Shown: positions 37,985 to 46,986 of the stretch, one piece after another | Layout of the letters: each line of letters starts with the position of its first letter | How positions within the stretch are numbered: the stretch's first letter is position 1 | Source: Actinomycetota bacterium | GTDB taxonomy: Bacteria > Actinomycetota > Actinomycetes > S36-B12 | Length of the DNA: 64,000 nucleotides | Reading direction: 5' to 3' | NCBI GenBank assembly: GCA_947449035.1 | Contig: CANFQC010000003.1 | Coordinates: forward strand, 24,633 to 88,632 | Notes under the pieces: model-generated | Told to the model about the DNA's origin: nothing | What the model saw: only the letters and a program-made list of their open reading frames with translations | The model's database searches: none | Program-made: the position numbers and the translations under genes

Positions 37985-38593
37985 CTACTGAGAAAGTTGC
38001 TGGCTCCTGAGCCTTCGCAGCAGTCCATCGGGCTGATCTCCGGCCAAAAGCACGTACGACACGTGATCGCACCACTGGCCATTGATGTGCAGATAGTCGG
38101 CGCGAATACCCTCATTGCGCAAGCCCAATTTCTCGGCAACGCGACGCGACGGCTCGTTCTCCGGGCGAATGTTGATTTCAATGCGGTGCATTCCGCATTC
38201 ACCGATCAGGTAGTCGCACGCCATCGCAACAGCTGTGGTCATCACTCCACGACCTGCAACATCTTGATCAATCCAGTAGCCGATGTAACCACCTCGAAGT
38301 GATCCCATTGCAATGCCACCGACAGTGACCTGACCGCGAAAGACTCCGTCAACATCGAGTGCCCACGGAAGCATGCGACCTGCACGCGCTTCGCGATTCA
38401 CGCGTCGCACCATGGCGCCGAACGTTGGCGGTGCCTCCCCTTCAAAAGCCCCTTCGTCCGGAAGGGTCGCATCCCACGGTGTTAGCCATTCACCATTGCG
38501 AGCGCGAACTTCACGCCAGGCTCGTGCATCACGAACACGCAGTGGCCGCAGTCGAATATCGCCCTCAACCAGGGTGACAGGCCAACTGATCAC
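37985..38593 (-). CDS. GNAT-family N-acetyltransferase (RimJ/RimL type)
   Basis: IRLRPLRVRDARAW...GYWIDQDVAGRGVMTTA...HRIEINIRPENEPSRRVAEKLGLRNEG. GTGA overlap with the galU stop. Confidence 0.85.
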   Translation of the reverse strand: MISWPVTLVEGDIRLRPLRVRDARAWREVRARNGEWLTPWDATLPDEGAFEGEAPPTFGAMVRRVNREARAGRMLPWALDVDGVFRGQVTVGGIAMGSLRGGYIGYWIDQDVAGRGVMTTAVAMACDYLIGECGMHRIEINIRPENEPSRRVAEKLGLRNEGIRADYLHINGQWCDHVSYVLLAGDQPDGLLRRLRSQQLSQ

Positions 38594-39504
38594 TGAAGCC
38601 CTGCAACGAATTTCGTCAACCAGGCGCGGAGCTCCGGGCCAAGATCGTCGCGTTCGACCGCGAGAGTGATCACTGCCTGCAGGTAAGAGATCCGGTCACC
38701 GGTGTCGTAACGGCGACCCGAGAACACGACGCCGCGTACGCCTCCGCCTTGCTCTGCGGGCATCGTGGCCAGCGTGCGAAGTGCATCAGTCAGTTGTATC
38801 TCGCCACCGCGGCCCGGCTTGGTATCGCGAATGACATCGAAGACAGCGGGGTCGAGAAGATAACGACCGATCACCGCGTAGGAGCTAGGCGCATCAGCGA
38901 CATCGGGCTTCTCGATGAGATCAGTGATGAGCACGACATCGTCTTCGTCAGTGCGCTCAATGGCCGGGCAGCCGTAGAGCGAAATGCTCTCGCGCGGCAC
39001 CTCCATTAGGCAGACAACTGAGCCGCCGAACTCGGCACGGATCGCCGCCATGCGAGGCAGGATCGGATCGCGCGGATCGATGAGGTCATCGCCCAGGAGT
39101 ACCGCGAAGGGCTCGTTGCCGACATGGCCGGCGGCCATGAGCACGGCATGGCCGAGGCCCAGAGGGTCACCTTGGCGCACGTAATGAATGGTCGCGAGAT
39201 CGGTCGAGTGCTCGACCATCTCCAGTCGCTCGGTGTCGCCCTTGGCCCGAAGGACCTCTTCGAGTTCGAAGTTACGGTCGAAATGGTCTTCCAGGGGGCG
39301 CTTGCTGCGGCCGGTGATGAACAAGACGTCATGCAACCCAGCTGCTACTGCCTCTTCCACGACGTATTGGATGGCCGGCTTGTCGACCACGGGCAGCATT
39401 TCCTTGGGAGTGGCCTTGGTGGCGGGCAGGAACCGAGTGCCGAGGCCAGCCGCGGGAACGACGGCCTTGCGCACGGGCATGCTCCACGTGTTCGGCTTCT
39501 CCAT
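38590..39504 (-). CDS. galU: UTP--glucose-1-phosphate uridylyltransferase
   Basis: VRKAVVPAAGLGTRFLPATKATPKEMLPVVDKPAIQY. Start set at ATG 39504 (TATCGT-N6). The track ORF (to 39690) would run over the divergent 5-FCL gene. Confidence 0.9.
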   Translation of the reverse strand: MEKPNTWSMPVRKAVVPAAGLGTRFLPATKATPKEMLPVVDKPAIQYVVEEAVAAGLHDVLFITGRSKRPLEDHFDRNFELEEVLRAKGDTERLEMVEHSTDLATIHYVRQGDPLGLGHAVLMAAGHVGNEPFAVLLGDDLIDPRDPILPRMAAIRAEFGGSVVCLMEVPRESISLYGCPAIERTDEDDVVLITDLIEKPDVADAPSSYAVIGRYLLDPAVFDVIRDTKPGRGGEIQLTDALRTLATMPAEQGGGVRGVVFSGRRYDTGDRISYLQAVITLAVERDDLGPELRAWLTKFVAGLQ

Positions 39505-39538
39505 GGTCTGACGATAGAGGATCAGGCACGATGGGCTC

Positions 39539-40129
39539 GTGACAACCGCTGACCCGAGCCCTGCAGCCGCCAAGGCAGCATTCCGCCACGAGATCCGCAT
39601 TGCTCGCCGGGCTCGCGAGCACTCAGAGCGGGTGAAAGCCGCCAAAAGCCTCGCACCACGCGCCCTGCCCGCTCTCGGCGACAGTGGCACGGTGGCCTGT
39701 TACCTCTCTATGCCCACGGAACCCGGTACCGCTTTCCTTATCGAACTGCTTCGGCAGCGTGACATTCGCGTACTGCTCCCCCGGGTCAACGGCGATTCAC
39801 TCGAATGGGTCGAACTGAAGAATTCGACAGCTCTTACCGAAAGTGCGCTCGGCATTCAGGAACCCACGAGTTCGGGAATCCCCGATGCCCTCAGTGACTG
39901 CGATGCGATCGTCATGCCAGCTCTTGCCCTCTCGCGCGACGGCTTTCGACTTGGTCAAGGCGGCGGCTACTACGACCGCGCACTCCAGCACGTGCCCTCA
40001 TTCGCCGACGGCGGCCCGATGCGCATCGCACTTATCTTCGAGGATGAACTCCTTGATTCGCTTCCGCATGAATCGCACGACTGCCGAGTGGATCAGGCCG
40101 TGACCCCCGAACGAGTCATCAACTTCTGA
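39539..40129 (+). CDS. 5-formyltetrahydrofolate cyclo-ligase
   Basis: AKAAFRHEIR...VACYLSMPTEPGT...IVMPALALSRDGFRLGQGGGYYDR...HDCRVD. Confidence 0.85.
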   Translation: MTTADPSPAAAKAAFRHEIRIARRAREHSERVKAAKSLAPRALPALGDSGTVACYLSMPTEPGTAFLIELLRQRDIRVLLPRVNGDSLEWVELKNSTALTESALGIQEPTSSGIPDALSDCDAIVMPALALSRDGFRLGQGGGYYDRALQHVPSFADGGPMRIALIFEDELLDSLPHESHDCRVDQAVTPERVINF

Positions 40130-40472
40130 GCAACAGGAAGAACAGTTCGAATGCCGCAATGCACGATGCGGTCATCACGACTAGGGCGATCACGAACGTC
40201 GAACGCGAGCGCGACCACAGCAGGTGCATCTCCCAGCCGAAACCCGAGAAGGTCGTGAGCGACCCGCAGATGCCGATGAGCAGAAAGACCTGAAGAGTGC
40301 CGGTTGTCAGCGCGAAGACTGCACCTGCGATTGCCGAGCCCAGCACGTTGACCACGAACAGGCTCCAGGGGAATCGCTTCGTCGGCGCATGAGCGGCCAC
40401 CCAGCGATCAAGAATGAATCGGGATGGCGCACCAATGGCGGCGCCTAAGGCGATGGCGAATATCTCGATCAT
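40119..40472 (-). CDS. crcB: Fluoride efflux channel CrcB/FluC (second of a tandem pair)
   Basis: 117 aa with 4 TM segments. GAAIGAPSRF...CGSLTTFSGF motif. Confidence 0.9.
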   Translation of the reverse strand: MIEIFAIALGAAIGAPSRFILDRWVAAHAPTKRFPWSLFVVNVLGSAIAGAVFALTTGTLQVFLLIGICGSLTTFSGFGWEMHLLWSRSRSTFVIALVVMTASCIAAFELFFLLLRS

Positions 40473-40855
40473 CGGGCGAACCTCCGAGTGATCCGCACGC
40501 CGATAGGCACTGCGAGCATTCCGAGTATCAGAGTTGCGCCGATGTACAGAGCAGCAAGTCCGAAGTGACCATCATTGAGAATCACGCCCGACTCGAGCGC
40601 GAAGGCCGAGAAAGTCGTGAAGCCACCGAGTACTCCGGTCACGATGAATGGTCGTAGGTGCTCTTCACGCGGGTGACCCGCGAGCACAGGAACGACCATG
40701 CCGATCACCAGGCAGCCGCACACATTGATCACCAGGGTGCCGAAGGGGAATCCGCCGACGTGATCTGGATTCCAGAGGTACGAGATCGTAAATCGCGCGA
40801 GGGATCCGAGGATGCCGCCGAGCGCAATCCACGCCAGCACTCTCGGGGTGATCAC
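40469..40855 (-). CDS. crcB: Fluoride efflux channel CrcB/FluC (first of a tandem pair)
   Basis: ALGGILGSLARF...GVLGGFTTFSAF. Start set at GTG 40855 (TACCCT-N6-GTG). The track ORF extends to 40921. Confidence 0.85.
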   Translation of the reverse strand: MITPRVLAWIALGGILGSLARFTISYLWNPDHVGGFPFGTLVINVCGCLVIGMVVPVLAGHPREEHLRPFIVTGVLGGFTTFSAFALESGVILNDGHFGLAALYIGATLILGMLAVPIGVRITRRFAR

Positions 40856-40959
40856 GCACGAAGGGTACGGGGGCATTCGGTCGATTGGACGAATCGACTG
40901 ACCTCGGGGCAGAATTAGCACTCAGCACCTACGAGTGCTAGATCCGGCCAGGAGGAAAC

Positions 40960-41265
40960 GTGCCTACGTACGAGTACGCGTGCTCGAACTGCGAGAGCAA
41001 CCACGAGATCGTTCAGTCGATGTCGGATCCGACCCTGACCACCTGCCCCTCGTGCGGCCAGGAGACCCTGCGCAAGCAGTTCGGCAATGTCGGTGTCGTC
41101 TTCAAGGGCTCCGGTTTCTACCGCAATGACTCGCGCGACAAGAAGACCAACACCGGCAGCTCAACCTCCTCCTCGAGTTCGACTACTAGCTCAACGTCTT
41201 CCACGCCCAGCACCTCAACCCCGAGTGCTCCGGCACCGAGCACGTCCACTCCTTCCACCAGCTGA
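40960..41265 (+). CDS. FmdB-family zinc-ribbon protein with a Ser/Thr-rich disordered tail (Rv0991c/Ruc-like)
   Basis: MPTYEYACSNCESNHEIVQSMSD...CPSCGQ (two CxxC pairs), followed by a poly-S/T tail. SD AGGAGG before GTG 40960. Confidence 0.8.
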   Translation: MPTYEYACSNCESNHEIVQSMSDPTLTTCPSCGQETLRKQFGNVGVVFKGSGFYRNDSRDKKTNTGSSTSSSSSTTSSTSSTPSTSTPSAPAPSTSTPSTS

Positions 41266-41315
41266 GCTGTGGACAGTCGCTTTCGGCTGTCGAGTTAGCG
41301 ACCTAGCCTCGCTGC

Positions 41316-41750
41316 GTGCTTGCATCACTGACCCGCGGCGAACTCGCCCGCCTCCTCGGCAGGCATCGCCGCATCGTGGCTGCAGCCCTCGCGGGCCTCG
41401 CAGTACTCATCATCGTGAGCTCACTTCCGCACGGCGCACCCGTGAGCGCATCAATCGACGGCGTCTCGCTGGCGGCAGATGAGGTCGCCATCCCAGTGAC
41501 TCTCGAAAGCCGCGCTGTGGCCGAGGCACTTCATGCAGGTGATCACGTGTCTGTCGTTGCAGTAAGCGATGAGGGCTTCAGTTCGATCGTGGCCGAGAAT
41601 GCACGCGTTCTCGCTGCTGCTTCCAGCGGTGGCTTCGGGTCCAGCGACTCCGCTGTAACTCTTGCAGTTGACGAAGCTTCGGCACTTCGGCTCGCAAGTG
41701 CTCCCGCCCGCGGAACCCTCACGGTCATCATTCGACCGCCAGCGTCCTGA
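41316..41750 (+). CDS. SAF-domain-like membrane-anchored protein
   Basis: N-terminal TM segment plus a ~100-aa beta-rich domain. Conserved position next to the FmdB gene in actinobacteria. TAGCCT-N6-GTG start. Confidence 0.5.
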   Translation: MLASLTRGELARLLGRHRRIVAAALAGLAVLIIVSSLPHGAPVSASIDGVSLAADEVAIPVTLESRAVAEALHAGDHVSVVAVSDEGFSSIVAENARVLAAASSGGFGSSDSAVTLAVDEASALRLASAPARGTLTVIIRPPAS

Positions 41751-41782
41751 CGATTGTGTGACAGCAGGTGCGTGGAAATGCG

Positions 41783-43171
41783 CTACGAGCCGTGATGTGG
41801 CGGGACATCTGCGAGCAATGTCGCATCAAGGGAGTCAAAGCCCCCCGAGTCATCCCGCGTCTGCTCGGGCAGCAGATCGACGTGTGATGTTGCTCGAGTG
41901 ACGCGTTGAGAACCCAGCTCCGTGAGCGACTCATCGACCGCCGTGACGAGAACTCGAAGATCCTCACGCGTGATCGTGAACGCCGGCGAGACTTGCAGAC
42001 CACCATCGGCGAGCAGTCGGGTCAGTACGCCCTTCTCGCGCATAGTGCGCACGAGTCGTGCACCGATTGTGGGATCCGCGGAGATGAGCGCGGGATCAAG
42101 CTGGACAGCGCCAAGAAGGCCAACTCCGGCACGCACATCGATCACGTACGAGTGGTCACGAAGAGGAGCAAGGCTGGCGTTCAGCATCATCTGCTTGTCG
42201 GCTACGGCCTGAACCAGATTCTCTCGCTCGAGGATGTCGAGGTTCGCATGCGCGACTGCGGCAGCAGCGGCATGGCCGGAGTACGTGTAACCATGGCGCC
42301 ACATCTGCCCGGGTGCTGACCAGAACGGCTCAGCGATGCGACCCGCAGCCAGCACCGCACCCATCGGCAGGTAGCCCGAAGTCATTCCCTTCGCGGTGAG
42401 CAGCATGTCGGGGTCAAGGTTCCAACGACCGGACGCGAACATCTCACCGGTGCGACCGAATCCGCAGATGACTTCGTCGGCAATGAAATGAACATCACGC
42501 TCGCGGCAGATCTCGCGAACACGCGCGAGGTAACCCTCAGGTGCAACGTAGACCCCACCGGCTCCGATGATCGGCTCGCAGAGGAAGGCCGCAACATTCT
42601 CCGCACCGACCTCGTCAATCGCTCGGGCGAGATCCTCTGCGTCATCCCACGCAACATTGCGCACCTCGGTAAACAGCGGTCCATAGCCCTCGCGGTTACC
42701 GGGAATACCCGCTATCGATGTGCCCGCCAGATGCATGCCGTGATACGAACGATCGCGGGTAATGATCATCTGCTTGCTCGGCTTGCCGGTAAGTACCCAG
42801 TAGCGACGACTCATCTTCACCGAAGTGTCGACTGAGTCACTGCCGCCGGAAGTGAAGAAAACCTTGGTGTCCTCGGCCGGCGCCAGAGAAGAGATTCGAT
42901 CAGCCAGCTCGATCAGCGGACGGGTGGCAAAGTCACCGAAGCTCGAGTACGCCGCGAGATCGCTCATCTGCTTCGCGGCGGCCTCGGCGATTTCGTGACG
43001 GCCGTGGCCGATATTGCAGAACCACAGAGCAGCTGTCGAGTCGAGGTAACGCTTCCCGGATTCATCGACGACATAGCAGCCATCACCTGCGGCCAGCACG
43101 AAGTCGTGGTCGGCGACCGCATGCATGTCAGCGAAGCCGTGCCAGAGGGCATTTCCCGGAAGTTTCGTCAC
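41783..43171 (-). CDS. Class III (omega) aminotransferase, PLP-dependent
   Basis: LWHGFADM, SGGSDSVDT, FIADEVICGFGRTG, and TAKGMTSGYLP (Schiff-base Lys). TACCCT-N6-GTG start. Confidence 0.9.
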   Translation of the reverse strand: MTKLPGNALWHGFADMHAVADHDFVLAAGDGCYVVDESGKRYLDSTAALWFCNIGHGRHEIAEAAAKQMSDLAAYSSFGDFATRPLIELADRISSLAPAEDTKVFFTSGGSDSVDTSVKMSRRYWVLTGKPSKQMIITRDRSYHGMHLAGTSIAGIPGNREGYGPLFTEVRNVAWDDAEDLARAIDEVGAENVAAFLCEPIIGAGGVYVAPEGYLARVREICRERDVHFIADEVICGFGRTGEMFASGRWNLDPDMLLTAKGMTSGYLPMGAVLAAGRIAEPFWSAPGQMWRHGYTYSGHAAAAAVAHANLDILERENLVQAVADKQMMLNASLAPLRDHSYVIDVRAGVGLLGAVQLDPALISADPTIGARLVRTMREKGVLTRLLADGGLQVSPAFTITREDLRVLVTAVDESLTELGSQRVTRATSHVDLLPEQTRDDSGGFDSLDATLLADVPPHHGS

Positions 43172-43177
43172 GAGAAC

Positions 43178-43216
43178 AGGGTAGGGCAGGCCAGCTCACC
43201 TCTGGTGTCATAGCGT
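43178..43216. promoter_or_regulatory. Back-to-back candidate -10 hexamers for two divergent leaderless genes
   Basis: TACCCT (minus strand, 43183..43178) lies 6 nt from GTG 43171. TAGCGT (plus strand, 43211..43216) lies 6 nt from ATG 43223. Confidence 0.45.
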
Positions 43217-43222
43217 CCTGCC

Positions 43223-44134
43223 ATGGCCCGAGTTCTGTCCACCGCGGACACCGTTCTCCATGAGGAGGAGTGGCGTGCTCGTCGCGCGCGCCACGAGGTA
43301 CGCGTGCGCCCGTGGGTCGAGCCTCGCCAGGAGCGCCGAAAGAACGGGGGGAAGCATCCGACCGATGACTTCCTCTTCGAGTACTACCCCTACTCCGTTG
43401 GCAAGCTGCTGGCCTGGCACCCCGGCTACGGCACGGCACTCGCAGGCGATGCCAGCAGCTACCTCAAGTTCCCGCAGTACGAGCGCGTCGATGAAGGTGT
43501 CACGACCAGCCTGACCTGGCTCTGCGCTACCTCGGATCGAGCTTCCCGACTCAACCTCGCCATTCGCTTACTCGATGGCATGAGCACTAGACCTGCGAAC
43601 ACCGGCTGCTTCGGCCTACACGAATGGGCCATGGTCTACGGCCTGGAGCAGAGCGAGATCCGGCATTCCGCATTCCCGCTGCGCCTGACTCCCGACGAGA
43701 TCACCGACACCGTTCATGACGTCAGCCTGCGCTGCACGCATATAGATGCGTACCGCTTCTTCACTCCCGCCGCGATGCCACTCAACCCAATCGAGCCGAC
43801 TCGCGCGACTCAGCCGGATCTCGACCAGCCCGGCTGCCTGCACGCGAACATGGATCTCTACAAGTACTCGATGTGGTTCAGTCCGTACATAAGCAGCGAT
43901 CTCATCGCGGATTCCTTCGAACTTGCCCGATCGGCACGCACGCTTGATATGCAGGCATCGCCTTACGACGTCTCTCAGTTCGGACTCGAGCCGATCCGAG
44001 TTGAGATGCCGGAGGGTCGGATGGAATACGCGCGGCGCCAACGAGAGGTCATGGAGCAGGCCGAACCCTTGCGCCATCAACTGCTAGAAGCTCTGCGCTC
44101 ACTTCACGGCGCCATCGTGTCGGCACCCGGTTAG
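43223..44134 (+). CDS. Conserved actinobacterial hypothetical protein. I recall this family sometimes being labelled 3-methyladenine DNA glycosylase, but cannot verify that here.
   Basis: 303 aa with conserved-looking blocks HPTDDFLFEYYPYSVGKLLAWHPG, GLHEWAMVY, and CLHANMDLYKY. Confidence 0.4.
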   Translation: MARVLSTADTVLHEEEWRARRARHEVRVRPWVEPRQERRKNGGKHPTDDFLFEYYPYSVGKLLAWHPGYGTALAGDASSYLKFPQYERVDEGVTTSLTWLCATSDRASRLNLAIRLLDGMSTRPANTGCFGLHEWAMVYGLEQSEIRHSAFPLRLTPDEITDTVHDVSLRCTHIDAYRFFTPAAMPLNPIEPTRATQPDLDQPGCLHANMDLYKYSMWFSPYISSDLIADSFELARSARTLDMQASPYDVSQFGLEPIRVEMPEGRMEYARRQREVMEQAEPLRHQLLEALRSLHGAIVSAPG

Positions 44135-44175
44135 CGAACGCGATCTCCCGCGGCAACTTCCGGACACAGAAGTCG

Positions 44176-44445
44176 TCATTCCATCTTGCTGACCCTGCGG
44201 CTGAGATAGCCGATACCGAAGAGCAGAAGAACCGATGCACCCACCGCGGCACCCACGATCATCGCCGGCCCTCGCATCTCACTAAGTGTGCCCTGAGCGA
44301 TGGCCATTGAATCGTCGTGCACGTCCAAGTTGTCAGGCCGTGCACTGGTCACCGGTGTCGCGACTTCCTCGGCAAGACTTTGCTCGTCACGCTTGGTGAG
44401 GAAATGGTGCTGCGTGTCGCCGTTGCTCATCTGTCTTTGTGCCAT
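44176..44445 (-). CDS. Small tail-anchored membrane protein, unknown function
   Basis: 89 aa from ATG 44445, which has AAGGAG 8 nt upstream. Single C-terminal TM segment (AMIVGAAVGASVLLLFGIGYL). Confidence 0.4.
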   Translation of the reverse strand: MAQRQMSNGDTQHHFLTKRDEQSLAEEVATPVTSARPDNLDVHDDSMAIAQGTLSEMRGPAMIVGAAVGASVLLLFGIGYLSRRVSKME

Positions 44446-44877
44446 GTCACCTGCTCCTTTGTGGGGGAATACCCCGATGCGGTGATAGACGTGACTCACG
44501 TCGCCCACTCAGCACTACTTTCAGTGAAGGCCTGGCATCTAGTGGAGTCAAACGGGTGGCCGCGGATGATCGGTCTAACCTTGCAATGCGCAGCAGTGAA
44601 TGACTCCCTCTCTGCACATGCACACCGTGTCAGCCACCCTTACTGCAGATTATTTGCAGGTAACGAAATCGGATTTCACATCTCCGCAGAACCCCTGATA
44701 CGTTCCTTCCAACATCCAGAGCGACTGAGAGATCTGGCTCTTTGAAGTCGCAGCAACCCTCACGGGTGCTAATGCCAGAGACGATGTGGAAGGAAGAAAT
44801 TTTCTGAGTGCTGCCCACCTAGGTCAACACATCCACGACTTATCCCTATCCCGCACCACCCATAAAGGAGAAACAGC

Positions 44878-45513
44878 ATGACCATTCGACTTGGCGACGA
44901 GGCCCCCAACTTCACCGCAGAGACCACCGACGGCACCATCACCTTCCACGACTGGAAGAACGGCGCCTGGGCAGTCTTCTTCAGCCACCCCGCTGATTTC
45001 ACCCCCGTCTGCACCACCGAGCTCGGCGCCACTGCCGGCCTGAAGGCGGAGTTCGACAAGCGCAACGTGAAGGCCATTGCGGTCTCCGTTGACTCGGTCG
45101 AGGATCACAAGGCATGGGCAGGCGACATCGGCGAGGTTACGGGCAACGCCCTGAACTTCCCGATCATCGCTGATCCCGATCGCTCGGTGTCGAACGCGTA
45201 CGACATGCTGCACCCGAATGCAGGCGACACCTCCACCGTTCGCTCGGTCTTCATCATCGATCCGGCAAACAAGGTTCGCCTCACCCTGACTTACCCGAAG
45301 TCGGTCGGCCGTAACTTCGACGAGATCCTGCGCGTCATCGACGCCCTGCATCTCACCGACAAGTCGACCGTCGCGACCCCGGCCAACTGGAAGGTCGGCG
45401 AGAAGATCATCGTCGCCCCGACCGTCTCCACCGCTGACGCCATCGAGAAGTTCGGTGCTGTCGAGGAGCTCAAGCCGTACCTGCGCTACATCCCCGCATC
45501 CGCGGTCAAGTAG
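44878..45513 (+). CDS. 1-Cys peroxiredoxin (Prx6 subfamily)
   Basis: GDEAPNFTAETTDG...WAVFFSHPADFTPVCTTELG (peroxidatic Cys). 211 aa. SD AAAGGAG. Confidence 0.9.
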   Translation: MTIRLGDEAPNFTAETTDGTITFHDWKNGAWAVFFSHPADFTPVCTTELGATAGLKAEFDKRNVKAIAVSVDSVEDHKAWAGDIGEVTGNALNFPIIADPDRSVSNAYDMLHPNAGDTSTVRSVFIIDPANKVRLTLTYPKSVGRNFDEILRVIDALHLTDKSTVATPANWKVGEKIIVAPTVSTADAIEKFGAVEELKPYLRYIPASAVK

Positions 45514-45520
45514 TCATAGT

Positions 45521-45556
45521 CGAAAGGCCCGGAAGCACTTGCTTCCGGGCCTTTCG
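45521..45556. terminator. Perfect 16-bp-stem hairpin between convergent genes
   Basis: CGAAAGGCCCGGAAGC-ACTT-GCTTCCGGGCCTTTCG. Confidence 0.65.
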
Positions 45557-45577
45557 CGTGTCGTGATGCGTCACTGA

Positions 45578-46963
45578 CTACCAGCGCGGCAAGGCCTTGC
45601 CCGGGTTGAGGATGTTCTCCGGATCCCATGCTGCCTTGATGCGCGAGTGCAGATCAATCGCAACGTCGTCGAGCTCCTCGGCCAGGAAGCTGCGCTTGAG
45701 GGTGCCGACTCCATGCTCACCGGTGATTGTGCCGCCGCAGGCGAGAGCAACATCGAGGATCTCGTGAAAGGCCGTCATGGCACGAACGGCTGCTGCCTCG
45801 TCACCACGAGGAATCACAATGGTCGGATGCAGGTTGCCGTCACCTGCGTGACCGAAGGTCGCGATCATCACGTCGTTCTTCACCGCGAGCTCTGCGATCA
45901 TCGTCATCGCGCGGGCAAGCTGAGAGCGCGGCACCGCGACATCGTCGAGCAACCAATCGCCCATGGTCTCGAGCGCCGGGATCGCCATGCGGCGAGCTCC
46001 CAGGAGCATCTCGGCCTGTTCCGGATCCTCAGAGCGATAGACCTCGACAGCGCCGGCACGTTCACAGATCTCGAGTAGTAGGTCTGCTTCAGCGATGCCG
46101 GCATCACCGGGCGCATCGCTCTGCGCAATAAGAAGGGCCTCGGCTGAGGTATCGAGCCCCATTGGGCGCCAGTTCTCAACAGCCTGAATGGTGGTGCGAT
46201 CCATCAGTTCGAGCATGCTGGGCGTGAGCTTCGACATGATCGCCTCCACTGCACGCCCCGCAGAGGCGATGTCGGGGAACACGGCGACCGCAGTGGTTGC
46301 GGGTGGCGGCAAGGGCCGCAGTTTGAGTCGCGCCATCGTGACGATGCCGAGCGTTCCCTCGCTACCGACCATCAGCCCGGCGAGGTCATAACCGGCCACG
46401 CCTTTCACAGTCTTGCGACCCAGCCGAGTGATGCGTCCGTCAGCGAGAACCACCTCAAGACCGAGTACTGCGTCGCGCGTCACTCCGTACTTCACGCAGC
46501 AGAGGCCACCGGCGTTGGTGTTGACGTTGCCACCAATGGAGCAGAAGTCCTTGCTCGCCGGGTCAGGCGCGTACCAGAGCCCGTGACCGGCGACATGCTC
46601 GCGCAGATCGGTGTTGAAGATGCCCGGCTGAGTCTCGACATAGCCATTGGAGACATCGACATCGAGCACCGAGTTCATCTTCTCAACGCAGACGATGAGC
46701 GAACCGTCAATGGCATTCGATCCGCCGGAGAGGCCCGAGCCCGCGCCACGGGGAACGACAGGAACGCGGTACTTATGCGCGGCCTTCATGACCTCGGAGA
46801 CCTGCTCGGTCGTGCGCGGGAACACGACTGCGAACGGCTCGCCCACCTCAGAGCCGGTCGAGCGATCCTGCTTATAAGTGGGAAGGCGATCGGGGTCAGT
46901 GACGACATCACCGTCAGCCAGAATCGCAGCGCATGCGGCCAGGACGGCATCCTCATCAGTCAC
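45578..46963 (-). CDS. FAD-linked oxidase (GlcD / D-lactate dehydrogenase family)
   Basis: FAD_binding_4 motifs (VVPRGAGSGLSGG...) and C-terminal HGDGNLHP...GGTITGEHGVG. Start set at GTG 46963. The track start at TTG 46987 is unlikely. Confidence 0.85.
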   Translation of the reverse strand: MTDEDAVLAACAAILADGDVVTDPDRLPTYKQDRSTGSEVGEPFAVVFPRTTEQVSEVMKAAHKYRVPVVPRGAGSGLSGGSNAIDGSLIVCVEKMNSVLDVDVSNGYVETQPGIFNTDLREHVAGHGLWYAPDPASKDFCSIGGNVNTNAGGLCCVKYGVTRDAVLGLEVVLADGRITRLGRKTVKGVAGYDLAGLMVGSEGTLGIVTMARLKLRPLPPPATTAVAVFPDIASAGRAVEAIMSKLTPSMLELMDRTTIQAVENWRPMGLDTSAEALLIAQSDAPGDAGIAEADLLLEICERAGAVEVYRSEDPEQAEMLLGARRMAIPALETMGDWLLDDVAVPRSQLARAMTMIAELAVKNDVMIATFGHAGDGNLHPTIVIPRGDEAAAVRAMTAFHEILDVALACGGTITGEHGVGTLKRSFLAEELDDVAIDLHSRIKAAWDPENILNPGKALPRW

Positions 46964-46970
46964 GGGCGCA

Positions 46971-46980
46971 AGGCTAGCCT
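46971..46980. promoter_or_regulatory. 10-bp palindrome AGGCTAGCCT holding two opposite-facing TAGCCT -10 hexamers
   Basis: On the plus strand, TAGCCT (46975..46980) is 6 nt from ATG 46987. On the minus strand, TAGCCT (46976..46971) is 7 nt from GTG 46963. Confidence 0.45.
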
Positions 46981-46986
46981 GGGGCA

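Noticed and set aside
40856-40959. Possible fluoride (crcB-motif) riboswitch upstream of the crcB pair
   Set aside because: Reading the minus strand, I could not find the conserved riboswitch core elements. A leaderless start at 40855 leaves no 5' UTR. A covariance-model scan would be needed to exclude it formally.
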